From: Utricularia gibba
Lineage: Eukaryota; Plantae; Magnoliophyta
Reading direction: 5' to 3'
Length of the DNA: 64,000 nt
Assembly (NCBI GenBank): GCA_002189035.1
Contig: NEEC01000010.1
Coordinates: 2,170,001 to 2,234,000, forward strand
The notes under the pieces are model-generated. The model had not been told where the DNA came from and did no database searches. It saw only the letters and a program-made list of their open reading frames with translations. Positions 27,001 through 40,065 of this stretch are shown here, in pieces. A program made the position numbers and the translations under genes. The number at the start of each line of letters is the position of its first letter. Within the stretch, counting starts at the first letter, position 1.

Positions 27001-30000
27001 GGCAAAGCGCTCTAAGATTATTAACCTCTTTCATTGAATTTTTAGGTGAAAACCTTCAAGGCTCACAAAAGTTTGACAATGCTTGGTCTAAAGCGAGCAT
27101 TGAGCGCATAGTTAAGAAGTTTTTCCTAAAACATATGGGAAATGCAATGGCAATGGAAGGTGTTTCTCGTAAGGTAAATATTTATCTTGTGCCTTAAATA
27201 TTTTCTGACCTTGCTCCCTAGGCCTTCAGAGGAATAATCAGTTCTAGGAGTTCTTGCTTTTTTGGTAATGTGGTTGCCGTCCTAGCTGTTAACTTGATTT
27301 GTAAGAGTCATTTATTATTTTGACCAGCATATGTGTTTTGGTTTCAGCTGTGGGTTGATTTGCTAAAAACAATGGTGTTGAAGCTGCCATCTGTGGCCAA
27401 CCTTGGTTCTTTTAGTGCTTTGTGCAATTCTGATGCAGAACAAGATATATTCAATAACATTGTTCACTTACAGGTAACTTTTCACATTCATTTCTTAGGC
27501 ATATGCGTATCCTCAGATTGTGATCTTTTTGTGGTGTTGATATTGATATATACACTCCTTAATTATGCAGAAACATAGGATGGCAAAGGCTGTTCGCCGC
27601 TTTCAAGACGTTGTTCATTCAGGAAAGTTGTCTCAGGTAATCTTGTTATTGTCCTTATTCAATCTTTTTAATTTGGCCTAACATTGAAGTGGAACGAATT
27701 TTATAGGGAATCACAATTAAAGTGTTTGTTCCACTGCTGTTTAGTATGTTGTATGAGGCACAAGATGGCAAGGATGAACACATAAGAAGTGCATGTGTGG
27801 ATGCACTCGCCTCAATTTCACATTTCCTGAATTGGAATCAATATTACACCCTTCTAAACAGATGCTTCCGTGATTTGAAGCTAAAAGCATACAAGCAAAA
27901 GATTTTACTGAAACTTATCTGTGGTATTCTCGACCACTTTCATTTCTTGGGGTCATCATCAGTCCATGGAGATGGAGATTCTGCTTCTGATGCTTTTGAA
28001 CCTGATAATGCTGTTTTGAGTTCTTCATTAACATTGAGAAGATGTCTTGGCTCTTCAGATGCGCTTCAAGTTCAGTTGTTTCTGCAGAAAAGGTTGTTGC
28101 CTAAACTTCAGAAGTTGCTATCATCAGATTCAGACAACGTAAATGTGAATCTAAGTCTGGTTGCTCTTAAAGTTCTGAAATTACTACCCAGTGAAATCAT
28201 GGACATGCAACTTCCTACTATTATTCACCGTATTTCAAACCTACTAAGGCATCGATTAGAGAGTATCCGTGATGATGCTAGGTTTGCATTGGCTGCTTGC
28301 TTAAAGGAACTAGGTCTGGAGTACTTCCAGTTCGTACTAAAAGCTCTAACTGGAACACTAAAAAGGGGCTTTGAATTACATGTCCTTGGATACACTTTGA
28401 ACTTCTTGTTATCAAAGCTTCTTATCAACCAAGCCTGTGGAAAGTTGGATTATTGTATAGATGACATCCTGTCCATTGTGGAGATCGATATTCTTGGGGA
28501 TGTTTCTGAAGAGAAAGATGTGGAAAAGATTGCCTCTAAAATGAAAGAAACTAGAAAGCACAAGTCATACGAAACTCTCAAATTGATTTCTCAGAGTGTC
28601 ACATTCAAGAATAATGCACTGAAATTGTTATCTCCTGTTACAGCTCATTTGAGCAGGGAGCTCACGTCAAAGTTGAAGTCAAAAGTGGAGAAAATGCTGA
28701 ATCACATAGCTGCTGGTATTCAGTGCAACCCCTCGGCCAACCAGACTGAACTGTTTATATTTGTTCATTGCCTTATAAAGGATGGTTTAGGCATTGAAGG
28801 TGACAAACACGAACATCCTCATGTCTCAAAATCAACTAAATTGGACGTAGACAGTGAGGGCATGGGAAATACAAGAAATGGGTTAATATTTGTTGATCGC
28901 CGTTTTTCTCATTTGATAACAGGATTTGCTCTTGGACTTCTTCAGAGCTACACGAGTAACTTGAAGCTTAACCCTGGAGATGGACAGCTATTGTCATTGC
29001 TAGACCCTTTTGTGTATCTGTTGGTTCAGTGCTTGGAGTCGAAGTATGAAAGTATCATAAGTGCTGCCCTCAGGTGCTTAGCCCTGTTTGCGAGGATGCA
29101 GTTGCCTTCTATTCAATCTCAATCAGACAAGATAAAAAAGTCTTTGCTAGTTATTGCTCAAGGAGCAAGAAACGATGGAAGTGAATTAACAGAGCCCTGC
29201 ATGAAATTTTTGGCAACACTTCTGAGAAGCACTAAAATTACTCTTTCAACCGATCATCTGCGTATGCTGATTCAATTACCTTTATTTCTTGACCTTTCCA
29301 AAAGTCCTTCATTTGTTGCCCTTAAACTTCTGAAAGCAATCGTCCAAAGAAAACTTGTGGTTCCTGAGATCTATGATATTATTCAGATTGTCGCAGAATT
29401 GATGGTACAATGCCAATTTGAAGCAATTAGGAAGAAGTGCAGTCAAATATTGCTTCAGTTTTTGCTTGGATACCAGCTTTCCGAGAAGCGATTGCAACAA
29501 CATCTTCAGTTTTTGCTTTCAAATTTAAGGTGACTACTATTTGGCTGGGTGTCATCATCCTCTTTTTTCTTGTGGATTTATTTTTTTAACAATTGATATA
29601 ATTTTACATTTTAACTAATGAATATTTCAGATATGAGCACTCGGCTGGGAGAGAAGCGGTCCTTGAGATGCTTCATGCGATTTTACAAAAATTTCCTGGA
29701 AACATTGTAGATGCACAATCTCAAATTATATTTGTGCATTTGGTTGCCTCTTTGGCTAATGATGACAGCAGCAAGGTTCGTTCAATGACTGCAGCTGCTA
29801 TCAAATGCCTCATGGGGCTTGTGAGCTCGCATTCACTTCAGTCCATCCTTGAATACTCTCTGTGCTGGTATTCTAGTTCAAAGCAGAACTTAGTTGCAAC
29901 CTCAGCACAGGTATTACCTTCTCTTTGGTTGGACAACCTGTCAGCGGTGAATCTTGACATTAGTCTGACTTGCACCTTGTTCTTGCTAAATTGGTTCGAT

Positions 30001-31603
30001 TATTATTTTGTGGCTCTCATGAATATCTTGAGGCTCTTCTCATTCTGGCGATATGCGCATCTAATTATTTTTTATGACATAATAATGATTTTTTTTCTAT
30101 TAATCTCTATTGAACCGTTTCTTTGAGGTTAATTAGTTAATCTTCAACAGGTGTTGGGCATACTAGTTGAAGCAATGGGAAAAGGTTTCAAAAAGCACCT
30201 GAATAAAGTGCTCCCATTATCAAAAACCATTTTAAAATCTGCTGCCAGCAATCATTCAACCATTGAGGATGATTCTTCTGAAAATACAGTTCCATTCTGG
30301 AAGGAGGCATATTATTCATTAGTTATGCTCGAGAAGATACTACAACACTTTGACAATTTGATCCTTGATGTGGAGAACATGGTATGAGCTGTTATACAAT
30401 CTTGAATGTATATATTTTGTTTCAGATTGTCCTCTAAACTGTTTTATTCTTGGTTTTCTCCTTACTCTTTACTCGTTGCAGGATTTGTGGGAAACCATCT
30501 GCGATTTTCATTTGCATCCTCATTTGTGGTTGCGCAGCATATCTAATCGGATTTATCTAATTTACTTTGCTGCTGTGGCTGATGCTTGTGGAGAAAAGGC
30601 CGGATTGAGTTTGGAAAAATATATTCTTATGAGGCCAAGCACGCTTTTCCTCTCATCTGCTTCATTTTGCGCTCAGTTGAAAGTTCCACAAACTGATGAA
30701 AGAGCTGGTGACATTGTTTGTCAAAATCTTGTGTTTTCAATTTGTGGTCTTGACACTGTCCTACGAAGAAATGATTGCAAGGATGTTTCCAAGTTCTGGT
30801 CTAATCTCGATTCTCCTGATAAAGATCGCTTTCGAAGGGCCTTTGATATGCTGGACCATAGAAAAGGGAGGAGTACGCTGGATTCTTTCACAGGTAACCA
30901 TGATGGCCAACATAATCACTCTCTGCATCCATTAGTTTCCTATTTGCTTCAGAGAATGGGGAAGTTCGTTCTTCAGATGGAAGCCAATGAGGTATGTATA
31001 CTAAGTTAATGAAATTCCAAATGGTATGAGCTTGGTTGACGTCGCAATGGAATTTGCAGATGAAGATTATATTCAAGGGCCTCAAAGCAATTTCTTCTCG
31101 CCTTCTTTGCACATCAGCATTCGATAATGATGCTGTCCATGATTATGCATATCAAATCCTGCTGCCGGTGTACAAAGTCTGTGAAGGTTTTTCTGGCAAA
31201 GTTATTCCAGGTAATCAACTCTATTTTTGCTTAGTCTCTTCTGAAGATAAAAGCAAACCGGCTGTTCAAGGTCCAGACACTGATACTACTTGAGAATCCA
31301 AAAGGGGCGACATGAATTCAACTGATCTTGCTTCCCTCTTATGCAGACGATGTGAAACAAGAAGCCCAAGAGGTTCTGGACAAGGTAAAAGACACTTTAG
31401 GAATGCAAAAGTTTGTCCAAATCTACAGCCAGATAAAGAAATGCGTTCAAGTGAAGAGGGAGAAGAGGAGACGAGAAGCAAAGATTATGGCCGTTGTGAA
31501 TCCGACACGGCACGCAAAGAGGAAACTCAAGCACGCAGCGAAGCGCAATGATCACAAGAGAAGAAAAAGGAACGAGATGAGGATGGTAAAGTGGCTGCAT
31601 TAG
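18050..31603 (+). CDS. UTP20: Small subunit processome component UTP20 (DRIM/HEAT-repeat protein); many exons, including a ~1.8-kb exon at about 27706-29529
   Basis: N-terminus MASHSEARAVKCLNHSSGRRRFV|FKTFSQRLEEIDIDV, then RYYPKDYVREFMAES, DAEQDIFNNIVHLQ, RDDARFALAACLKELGLEY, LHVLGYTLNFLL, ILLQFLLGYQLSEKRLQQHLQFLLSNLRYEHSAGREAVLEML and the C-terminal KIMAVVNPTRHAKRKLK. The junctions I checked were in phase. Confidence 0.96.
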
Positions 31604-33251
31604 AAGGTTCAGGCTTTGGGGAGCCACAGGTTGCCCAGCATTTTTGTTCTTGGATTGTCTGTTTTACTGCTAGTAGCGTTTTGTTGTACATGAGTCTGTG
31701 ATCCTTCATGAGTCTGTGAGCATAGGTTGTAAGGAGCCGCTAATGGTTCCTAGTTTGATTCTTCAACTCTGTTTACAGCTATAAAGCTCGTTTAAGTTTG
31801 GATTGAAGTTCAATCATGTGACCAAAAAGAAGAAAAAAGCACAAGGATTGTTCAAAAAACATAAAAAAGTTTTTGAAACTTGTTTTTGATTTTTAAAATT
31901 ATTTTTAAAAAATATAAATAAAAAGTAAAAATAATCAATTATTTATTTTTTAAAAAATAACTTTTATAGTTATAATTTTAAAAGTATTTTTGATATAATT
32001 ACTTTTATAATTAAAAATATTCTAAAATAAAATTATTTTTAATTTTAAAAAATAGAAATAATTTTTAAAAAATTTTCAGAACACTATTATAGAATCATAT
32101 CACTCCATTGGTATCCCATATTTGTAATGACAATGAATTATTTCATATTAGTTACGGATTGACATTGTGATATGTTTAAATAGAGAGATATTATTAATAT
32201 TATACTAAATTTTTCTTTAAAAAAATGTAATATAAAATTGAGATAATTGAGTGTGAATGGTGAACAACGGCTCTCAGCCCACCGGTTGGAGTTGTCGGGA
32301 CGTGGTCCGATCGATGCGCACGGACGGCTAAATCAACTAAATATGGTTGGGGGCAATTAGCAAGTATTGATTATATTATTATTCGGGGCTAAATTCAAAA
32401 TCTTTTGTTTTTCCTGATTTGGGAATTTTAGAAAGTCAAAAGCAAGTTACGGAAAAAAGGAAAAGAGATCGTGTAGAAGAACCCTCATAGAAGCCGCAGA
32501 GGAGGAGAGTCGGCAGAAGGGAATTGGGCCATGTTCCGCTGCGGAATACCGGCGCAAGAATTTCTCCGTTGGCGTGCGTGTCCTGTTGTCCTATAAAACG
32601 CGTCTTTGAGGAGCCCAAACTCCCAGGTTTACACCGGGCGGTGGTGAGGGTTTAGATCTGGTTTCCCCGAGGTCAGTAACCGGAATTGTTTGCTGTACTT
32701 CTAGGGATCAAAATTGTGCATGGATCGGGCAATGAATTTTTTTCGTCCTATTGGTTAACTGTGGCTGGTGTGGTCGTATTTCAAAATGGGTCACCGCTTT
32801 TCGTGTTGCCAACTCGTGGCTGGTTTTTTATTCTTTGGGGAATTATGTGAACCCCTGTCTGGGCGAGTCCGCGGATATGCTCTTGTGTGGTTTTTTTTGA
32901 GTGAGCATTGTTTTTCTTCAAAGTACATTATCCTGATTAGAAAGTTGTGAACGAGCTGATTCATTCAAGCAGGTTTCTTGCCTTCGAAAATAATGTGTAG
33001 AATTGAAATTTAGACGACTATCTGATCTTTAAGATGGAAATTTTATGTGTATGGTGGAATTTGAATACGGATGTGGAGGACCATACTAACTTTTACGAAA
33101 AGAAAGGCAATGTTTGATCTTTACGGGCAGTTTTGACATTCAAGGCTCAGATGTTAACATACGTGTACATGTGTTTCAATGCAGGTTTTCTGATTATTTG
33201 ATTGTAGGGTTGATAGCTGAAGTCTAACTACGTGAAACAAGTACTTGAAAT

Positions 33252-34366
33252 ATGTCATCTAACTTCTCTGGCACTGTCACATCCGCTCGTGATTGGTGTG
33301 AGCCAAATTATGTTTACTCCGCCTATGTTGCCGAGTTCTTCAATACTCTATCAAATATCCCATGCATTTTGTTAGCACTTCTTGGTCTCGTTAATTCTCT
33401 GAGACAGCGGTTTGAAAAAAGGTTTTATGTCCTATACCTATCAAACATCATACTTTCTGTTGGCGGCATTGTGTATCATGCTACACTGCAGCAGCTGTAA
33501 GTTCTCTATCCCCTTCACTTTTGGATGCCTTAAAATAAATAATTGGTGTTAAGCATTGTATCCTCATTATACTGCATCATTTTTTTGTATGTCCAGATAA
33601 CAAGTAGGATATAAAACTTTTTATAGCTGATTAGCAAACATAAGCAGTTTTAAGAGCAGCTTTAATATGAGAAACGGCTTTAGAATCACTGTTGATGATG
33701 AGTACAATTCATGTACAAATAAAGCAGAGGTTAAGTTGGTCATCGGATGACGAGTTAGACCCAAAATCAGGATACTGTAGTTTTGGTCCCATTTTGTTTT
33801 AGCAACTAGATTCTAAAACGCTTATTGTTTTCCCTTTTGCTTCTTGTCTCAGGCAGCAGCAAGCTGATGAAACACCAATGGTGTGGGAGATGCTCCTATA
33901 TATTTACATTCTTTACTCTCCTGATTGGCACTACCATAGTACAATGCCGACATTTATGTTCCTCTATGGTGCAATTTTTGGTGTCGCGCACTGGCTCTTT
34001 CGTTTTGATATAGTTTTTAGGGTGCACTATGTGTTGCTTTGTCTTCTCTGCCTTCCTAGGATGTACAAGTACTACATCCATACAGAAGACACAGTTGCAA
34101 AGCGTGTGGCCAAGCTCTATGCCATCACACTCTTGCTCGCCAGTTTCTTCTGGCTCCTCGATCGTCTATTATGCGATAAGATCTCTACTTGGTGGTTCAA
34201 TCCGCAGGGTCATGCCTTGTGGCACGTCTTCATGGGCTTCAACTCCTACTATGGGAACACATTCCTCATGTACTGCCGTGCCCGACAACGAGGATGGGAT
34301 CCCAAAGTCATCTCCTTTCTGGGTTTCTTACCATGCATCAAGACTCAAAAACCCAAGGCGCAGTAA
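33252..34366 (+). CDS. ACER: Alkaline ceramidase (CREST family); exons 33252-33496 and 33853-34366, 252 aa
   Basis: Motifs DWCEPNY..AEFFNTLSN, YHATLQQL|QQQADETPMVWE and NPQGHALWHVFMG. Confidence 0.95.
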
Positions 34367-34737
34367 ACCAGTGAGGCAAGCGTCTATCTCTTTCCTCTGA
34401 TTATGATGGTTGTCCGACCCATTTTGTTCTTCCAATTTATATTGTATTGTGTTGTACATGATGTGCTAGATTTGAGCTTGATTCCCAACAGTTTTATTCA
34501 AGTTTTGACCCTCCAAGTTGAGTGCTTTTTATGATGATGATGATACTCAGAAACACCCTCCTCTTATTACATGGTGATGTGTAACGTCCCATCAATTCCA
34601 GACTAAAAGAACTCCAATACCAAAATCTGCTCCCCAAAACAAACAATTCTCAGTGAAGCTACAAGTAATGTTTTCTCTTTTTTTTCAAGTAACAAACAAT
34701 CCCCAGGTAGAAAAACAAGTGCATCATCCATCATGAT

Positions 34738-35691
34738 TCATGGGTGGTTCTGCACATCCCACCTGTTGGAAAAAACGTTGGCCTCCTTGCTTGTTTTCTT
34801 CTTCTTGTTGAGCTCCCATGGCACGGCTTTACGCACATACGCCTGCAACGACGCAGAGACCATCAATGTAAGAAAAAGTCTATGACAGAATGAGGAGACC
34901 GGCCGGCCGGCCGGCCGAGTGTCGTCATCAGCATATAATGCGACGGATCCCGGTTGGCGTGGGCCTCAGACCGACCGGCTTCCACCACACGGGTGCCGCG
35001 TGTCCGAGTGTCGGTTTACCAAACGTATTCCAAAATATTTTTTCATCATATCTTAACAGTTCCAAAGCAGGACTTTGTTTTTATGGTTTCAAAAATTATT
35101 TGAAAATTAAAAATAAGATTCCGTCACACCAAAGACGGCAAGTAATTAAGTGTCAAATAAATAAACATTAAAAAAAATTACCCAGAAGCTGGAACTGGAA
35201 GACGAGGTCGGGGGATAGACGCCGGAAAAGCTTCCATATCTGATGATTTCCGATTCCGTTTTGGTTCCCGTTCTTCCGAAGCCTAATCTACGGCCACCCA
35301 GAAACCCTTTTTTCTTCGCCGCCTTCGCCTTAGCAGTCTCTTTCTCCGGGGGGTTGCCCCTGCTGTTGCAGCTGCAGTTGCTGCCGTCGAAAGAATCGTG
35401 GGCCCACATCCTGAAGGACGATGACTTATGGCGGCGCAGGAATGTGTAATCGGACAAGGGCGTCTCCGGGGTCCTCCGGGACGGCGGAAGCTGGAGACAT
35501 TTGACGGTGGCGGTCGTGTCCGTGTAATAAAAGGATCTGGGTTTCCCAGGCTCCTCCTCCCATCGAAAGGGCACGGAAACCGACGTCATCATCGGCGGCG
35601 TGGCGGTTGGCCGCGAAAGAGGGAGCGAAGACAAGTTGAGAACGGTGAAGGGTGGCGCGTCGGTTTCCTCCTCTTCTCTGCTTATCGCCAT
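34738..35691 (-). CDS. DUF688-like protein; exons 35182-35691 and 34738-34842
   Basis: Contains the SVPFRWEEEPGKP motif. Ser-rich ..SSSFW is followed by a GT-AG intron and a second exon AYVRKAVPWELNKKK..*, resembling the family's FW..KQVVPW end. Confidence 0.8.
34899..34917. repeat. (CCGG)n palindromic tetranucleotide array in the DUF688 intron
   Basis: ccggccggccggccggccg read directly. Confidence 0.85.
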
Positions 35692-38207
35692 CCGCGTGTG
35701 CGTGTGCGCGCAAGCGTGAAACCATGACGCCAGATTTTAAAGAATTCATTTTAAATTAATTAACAGCAGCTCCTAATAATAAATAACCCTAATTAGTAAC
35801 CCCAAATTACCCTTATAAACCCTAATTCCAGATTAACCAACAATCCCATATAACACCCAACTATTTGTATCATACTTTCTCCAGCATGCAAGCTTCCAAG
35901 CTTCAATGTATTGACAAAATTAGTACAATCATCCTACTTAACAAACAAATAAAACCTAATTTTGTTAAATAACTCAATTTATAAAATATTTATTTTAAAT
36001 ATATCTAACAAATAAAATATTATTTTAAATATATATATATATATATTCAATATATGTTTTTATTAAATACTATTCTACCAGATCTAGTATTCTAATTTAA
36101 TTAATATTTTTATAAATTATATATATGTAAATATTAAAGAACATATATTTCAATTCATACCTAGCGAGATTCTTTTTTCTCAACTTGGTATATTGAAAAA
36201 AAAACGTAATTTTCAACACATATTTTGAGGTATAAACAAATTTATCAAATACGACCAAAGAGACTCTCTATGGCGAAGGAGTAGCCATTTAAATTAGTAG
36301 AATAGAATAGGGCTCCTGAGAACTTGTTCTACATTTTATTTTTGTTAAATATTTCATTTTTGTTAAAAAGGAATATACTCTCCATTTATAGCAAAGCCGC
36401 CATTTGTTCTTCTAGAATAGGGGTAGGGGCCACGAGACTTGGGATGTCCTCCATTTTCCTGGGGTAGATTTGGAATTATCAAAAAAGAAAAAAAAACACA
36501 AACAAATAATTCGGGCACCGCCAGTCGTGAATCTTGGAATTAGCGTTGACCGGGGGTAAGAACAGTAAGAAGGAGCATTGAGTGCGTGGCCACTTACTCC
36601 TCATAGAGCAGGATGTGACTCATGCATGAGGCTAGTTAATGCAAAAGCTCTCATTTTTATTGCAAATATTAAAGTAATAAAATATTGTATTTAGTGAATT
36701 AAGGAATTGGCACAATGTACTCGTCTTTAATTATTAAATAATTGACCTCACCTTTGAAGGGGAAGTCAATTCAATCCAAAATTGAAAAATAGTAATTAGA
36801 ATGAAGTTGGTAAAAGGTAAAATCCCTTGATGTGGAAGAATGTATTAGAAAATTGGTCAACTTATATTGATTGTGTGAGTAAAATAACCACATAATTGTA
36901 AAAAAAATTGATCGTACTATATAAAATAGAAATACAAAATAACAAATTTTCTAATTGATTCTAATGTAAGAGATCATTTACCACAAATCTAGTCATTCAT
37001 ACTTTTCTATTATACACTAACATAAAAAAATGCATTATCGTTAATTTGATTTCTCATACACATCATGTTGGATGACATAATTTCTAATTGACCCTCACAT
37101 GAAGGTTTTTATAGGAGGGATGATCAAATAAATTTCTTAGGGATTATTTGATAAAAGAGTGTAAAAAATTTATATCTAAGTTTATATATGTATATATATT
37201 GTTATTTGATTGAATAGTATACTTTTATTAATCTTCTATGATTATATCATTCACATACTCATTTTTTCAGTATATGAGTATTATATACAAATGGGAAGGG
37301 GAGTTAGTTATATATATACTATTCACATACTCAAATTTTTATTCTCGGATATCAAATATTATATACAATTGAATATATACATACTTAATTTAACTATACT
37401 TAAATATATTAATATATTACTATCAAACCAGCAGGAGGCAAAGACACGAGGAGGAGGAGAGGCGAAGGATAACAACAACAACAACTAGCCGTGGCGAGGG
37501 TGAAGGCAGTATGGCAGGCGGCTAGGCTAAGGGATGGGCGTGGGACCTCTGGTGTGTATAATGCATGCATATGTAGCAGTTTTTTACGGTGTATAATGCA
37601 GCAGCCCAATAATTGAAATGGGCGTGGGCGTGGGCGTGGCGAGGGCGAGAACTGGGGTGGACCTCGGAGAGCAGCGCTGGGCCCAGCTACCACTACACTA
37701 ACACTAGCCGCCCCTTCTGTCTTCTCCGCTGGGTAAGGTAAGGTAAGGCCCAGGCCTAGCGGCAAGCAGTCCCGGAGCCCCTTATCAGCACCGCCACGCC
37801 ACATGATGCAGCAGCAGCTGCTGCTTTTCGGAATGCGATCGGTCGATCGGCCGGTCCCAATTCTTGATTTTGACGACTTGATTTGCTTCCAGACCAAGCA
37901 ACATGGCATCTGATATGATGACCACCTCGCTCCAAGAGGAATACAAGGACACCAAATGATACGTTTTCAGAAAATGAAGAGAATGATACCTTTTTTTTTT
38001 TTCAAAAAACACAAATGAGACTGGGTGGTTTAGGGGCTTGAGGAAGGGCGAGGGAGGGAGGGAATAAAGTGGCCACGCCGAATGCAGCTATCCAGAAAGT
38101 GCTGTTTGTCGTTCAAGGGTCTTCCGTTTCCCACTTGAACTCTACACTCCTCCTACTTGCTATACATACGCACCCCTACTCCCTCTAGATCTCGCACTCG
38201 CTCTCTA

Positions 38208-39618
38208 ATGGCGCCTCTCTTCCTTGCCCTCGCCCTCGCCCTCCTGTGCGTCCCGTTTGGTGCCCCATTGGAGGTTCAGCTGCAGGGGTTCGTTCCCCGG
38301 GGCTTGAGCCTGCCCCAGATCCGCTCCGAGTCTTTCGAATTGGACACCCAGTTTGAATCTGAGGCCGAAGCCGACCCAGATTCCCCTTTCTTCTCTCTGG
38401 GCTTGTTCCATGCCGAAGCTCTTGCTTCTCCGGCGGGTTCTTCAGCGGAATCCCTTTTTCATACCCGTCTCCGCCGGGATGCGCTCAGGGTGAGCGCGGT
38501 CTCGGCCGCGGCCAACGGGTCGCGCATCGGGGCGGATTTCAGCAGCTCTATTACCTCGGGCCTGGCGCATGGCAGCGGAGAGTACTTCACCAGAATTGGA
38601 ATCGGCACGCCGCCTAGATATGTGTACATGGTGGTCGACACTGGAAGCGACGTCGTTTGGGTGCAGTGCTCCCCTTGCAGGAAATGTTACTCGCAAACGG
38701 ATCCGGTTTTTAACCCGAGGGCTTCGTCCTCGTTTTTAGGGGTTTCGTGTGCTTCGCCGCTGTGCCACCGCCTTGACTCGCCGGGATGCAATAGCCGCCG
38801 GACGTGTATGTATCAGGTTTCCTACGGCGACGGGTCGTTTACGGTGGGGAATTCTCGACGGAGACGTTGACGTTCCGTAAGACGAAGGTGGACAATGTGG
38901 CGCTTGGTTGTGGGCACGATAATGAGGGTTGTTCGTGGGTGCCGCCGGATTGCTGGGGCTCGGCCGTGGGAAGCTGTCCTTCCCCACGCAAGCCGGGCGG
39001 CGGTTCGGGAACAAGTTCTCCTACTGCTTGGTCGACCGATCTGCAACCGCGAAGCCCTCGTACATGGTGTTCGGCGAATCGGCGGTTTCAAGGAACGCCG
39101 TATTCACTCCATTGCTGACAAATCCGAAGCTGGACACGTTCTACTACGTCGGATTGACGGGAATTTCAGTGGGTGGTTCACGCCTCTCGGCCGTGACCCC
39201 GTCGCTCTTCAAAATCGACGCGGCAGGTAACGGCGGCGTGATTCTGGATTCCGGCACGTCGGTCACAAGGCTCACACGGCCCGCGTACGTAGCCCTGAGG
39301 GACGCTTTCCGCGTGGGAGCGTCGCATTTACCTAGGGCGCCGAACTTCTCCCTCTTCGACACCTGCTTCGATCTCTCCGGGAAGAGGGAGGTGAAGGTGC
39401 CCACAGTAGTCCTCCACTTCAACGGCGCCGATGTGTCGCTGCCGGCGTCAAACTACATGATCCCAGTGGACACTTCCGGCAGGTTCTGCTTCGCGTTCGC
39501 CCCGACGATGAGCGGCCTCTCCATCATCGGCAACATTCAGCAGCAGGGTTTCCGGGTCGTGTTCGACTTGGCCAGGAGTCGGGTCGGGTTCGCCCCGCGA
39601 GGCTGCGTTACTCAGTAA
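38208..39618 (+). CDS. A1-family aspartic protease, APF2/ASPG-like, intronless; two apparent missing G's (38846-38849, 38926-38928)
   Basis: Signal peptide MAPLFLALALALLCVP, GSGEYFTRIGIGTPP..VDTGSDVVWVQC (first DTG), ILDSGTSVTRL (second DSG) and IIGNIQQQGFRVVFDL. Adding 2 nt gives 471 codons with GEFSTETLTF and DNEGLFVGAAGLLGLG restored. Confidence 0.95.
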
Positions 39619-40065
39619 GTTCTATATTCCTGTTGGGCCCCACATGAGGAGTAGTTTAATGTTCACTGCGCTTTGACCTAAATATCAAAATCATCCTTAC
39701 ATTCTAACACATGCGCTGGCATCTTCCTACAATGAATCAATGAATCGCCGCACGACACGTGTCGCTCTCACTCGCACTAGCAGCACGCTTCTTTGAGCTT
39801 GATGCGGACAAGGGCCACATGCCCCTACAACCCATCACGTGACACTCGAACAGGTCACAGTGCTCACTCATTTGGTCCATTTCTGTGCAACTTCAGTAAG
39901 AAAAAAGGCATAGAGTTGGATATGGGAAGGGCCATGCCACACGAATCAAACCAACCATCAGCAATGGGGTAGAGTTGGGATCTCTCTACATGTATTTGAT
40001 GCTATGTTGTGTGTGTGTGTATGTATCTACGCGTGTACGCCTCTGGGCTGTCCCCTTCCCTGTGG

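Noticed and set aside
31850-32085. AT-rich tract with weak inverted similarity at its ends (tgttcaaaaa / ttttcagaaca), a possible MITE
   Set aside because: The match is short and low-complexity with no TSD, so it cannot be distinguished from chance in >85% AT sequence.
38846-38928. Programmed ribosomal frameshifting or insertional RNA editing as the explanation for the protease and other frameshifts
   Set aside because: There is no precedent in plant nuclear genes of these families and no shared stimulatory structure. A one-directional loss in homopolymers across unrelated genes is the standard sequencing-error signature.
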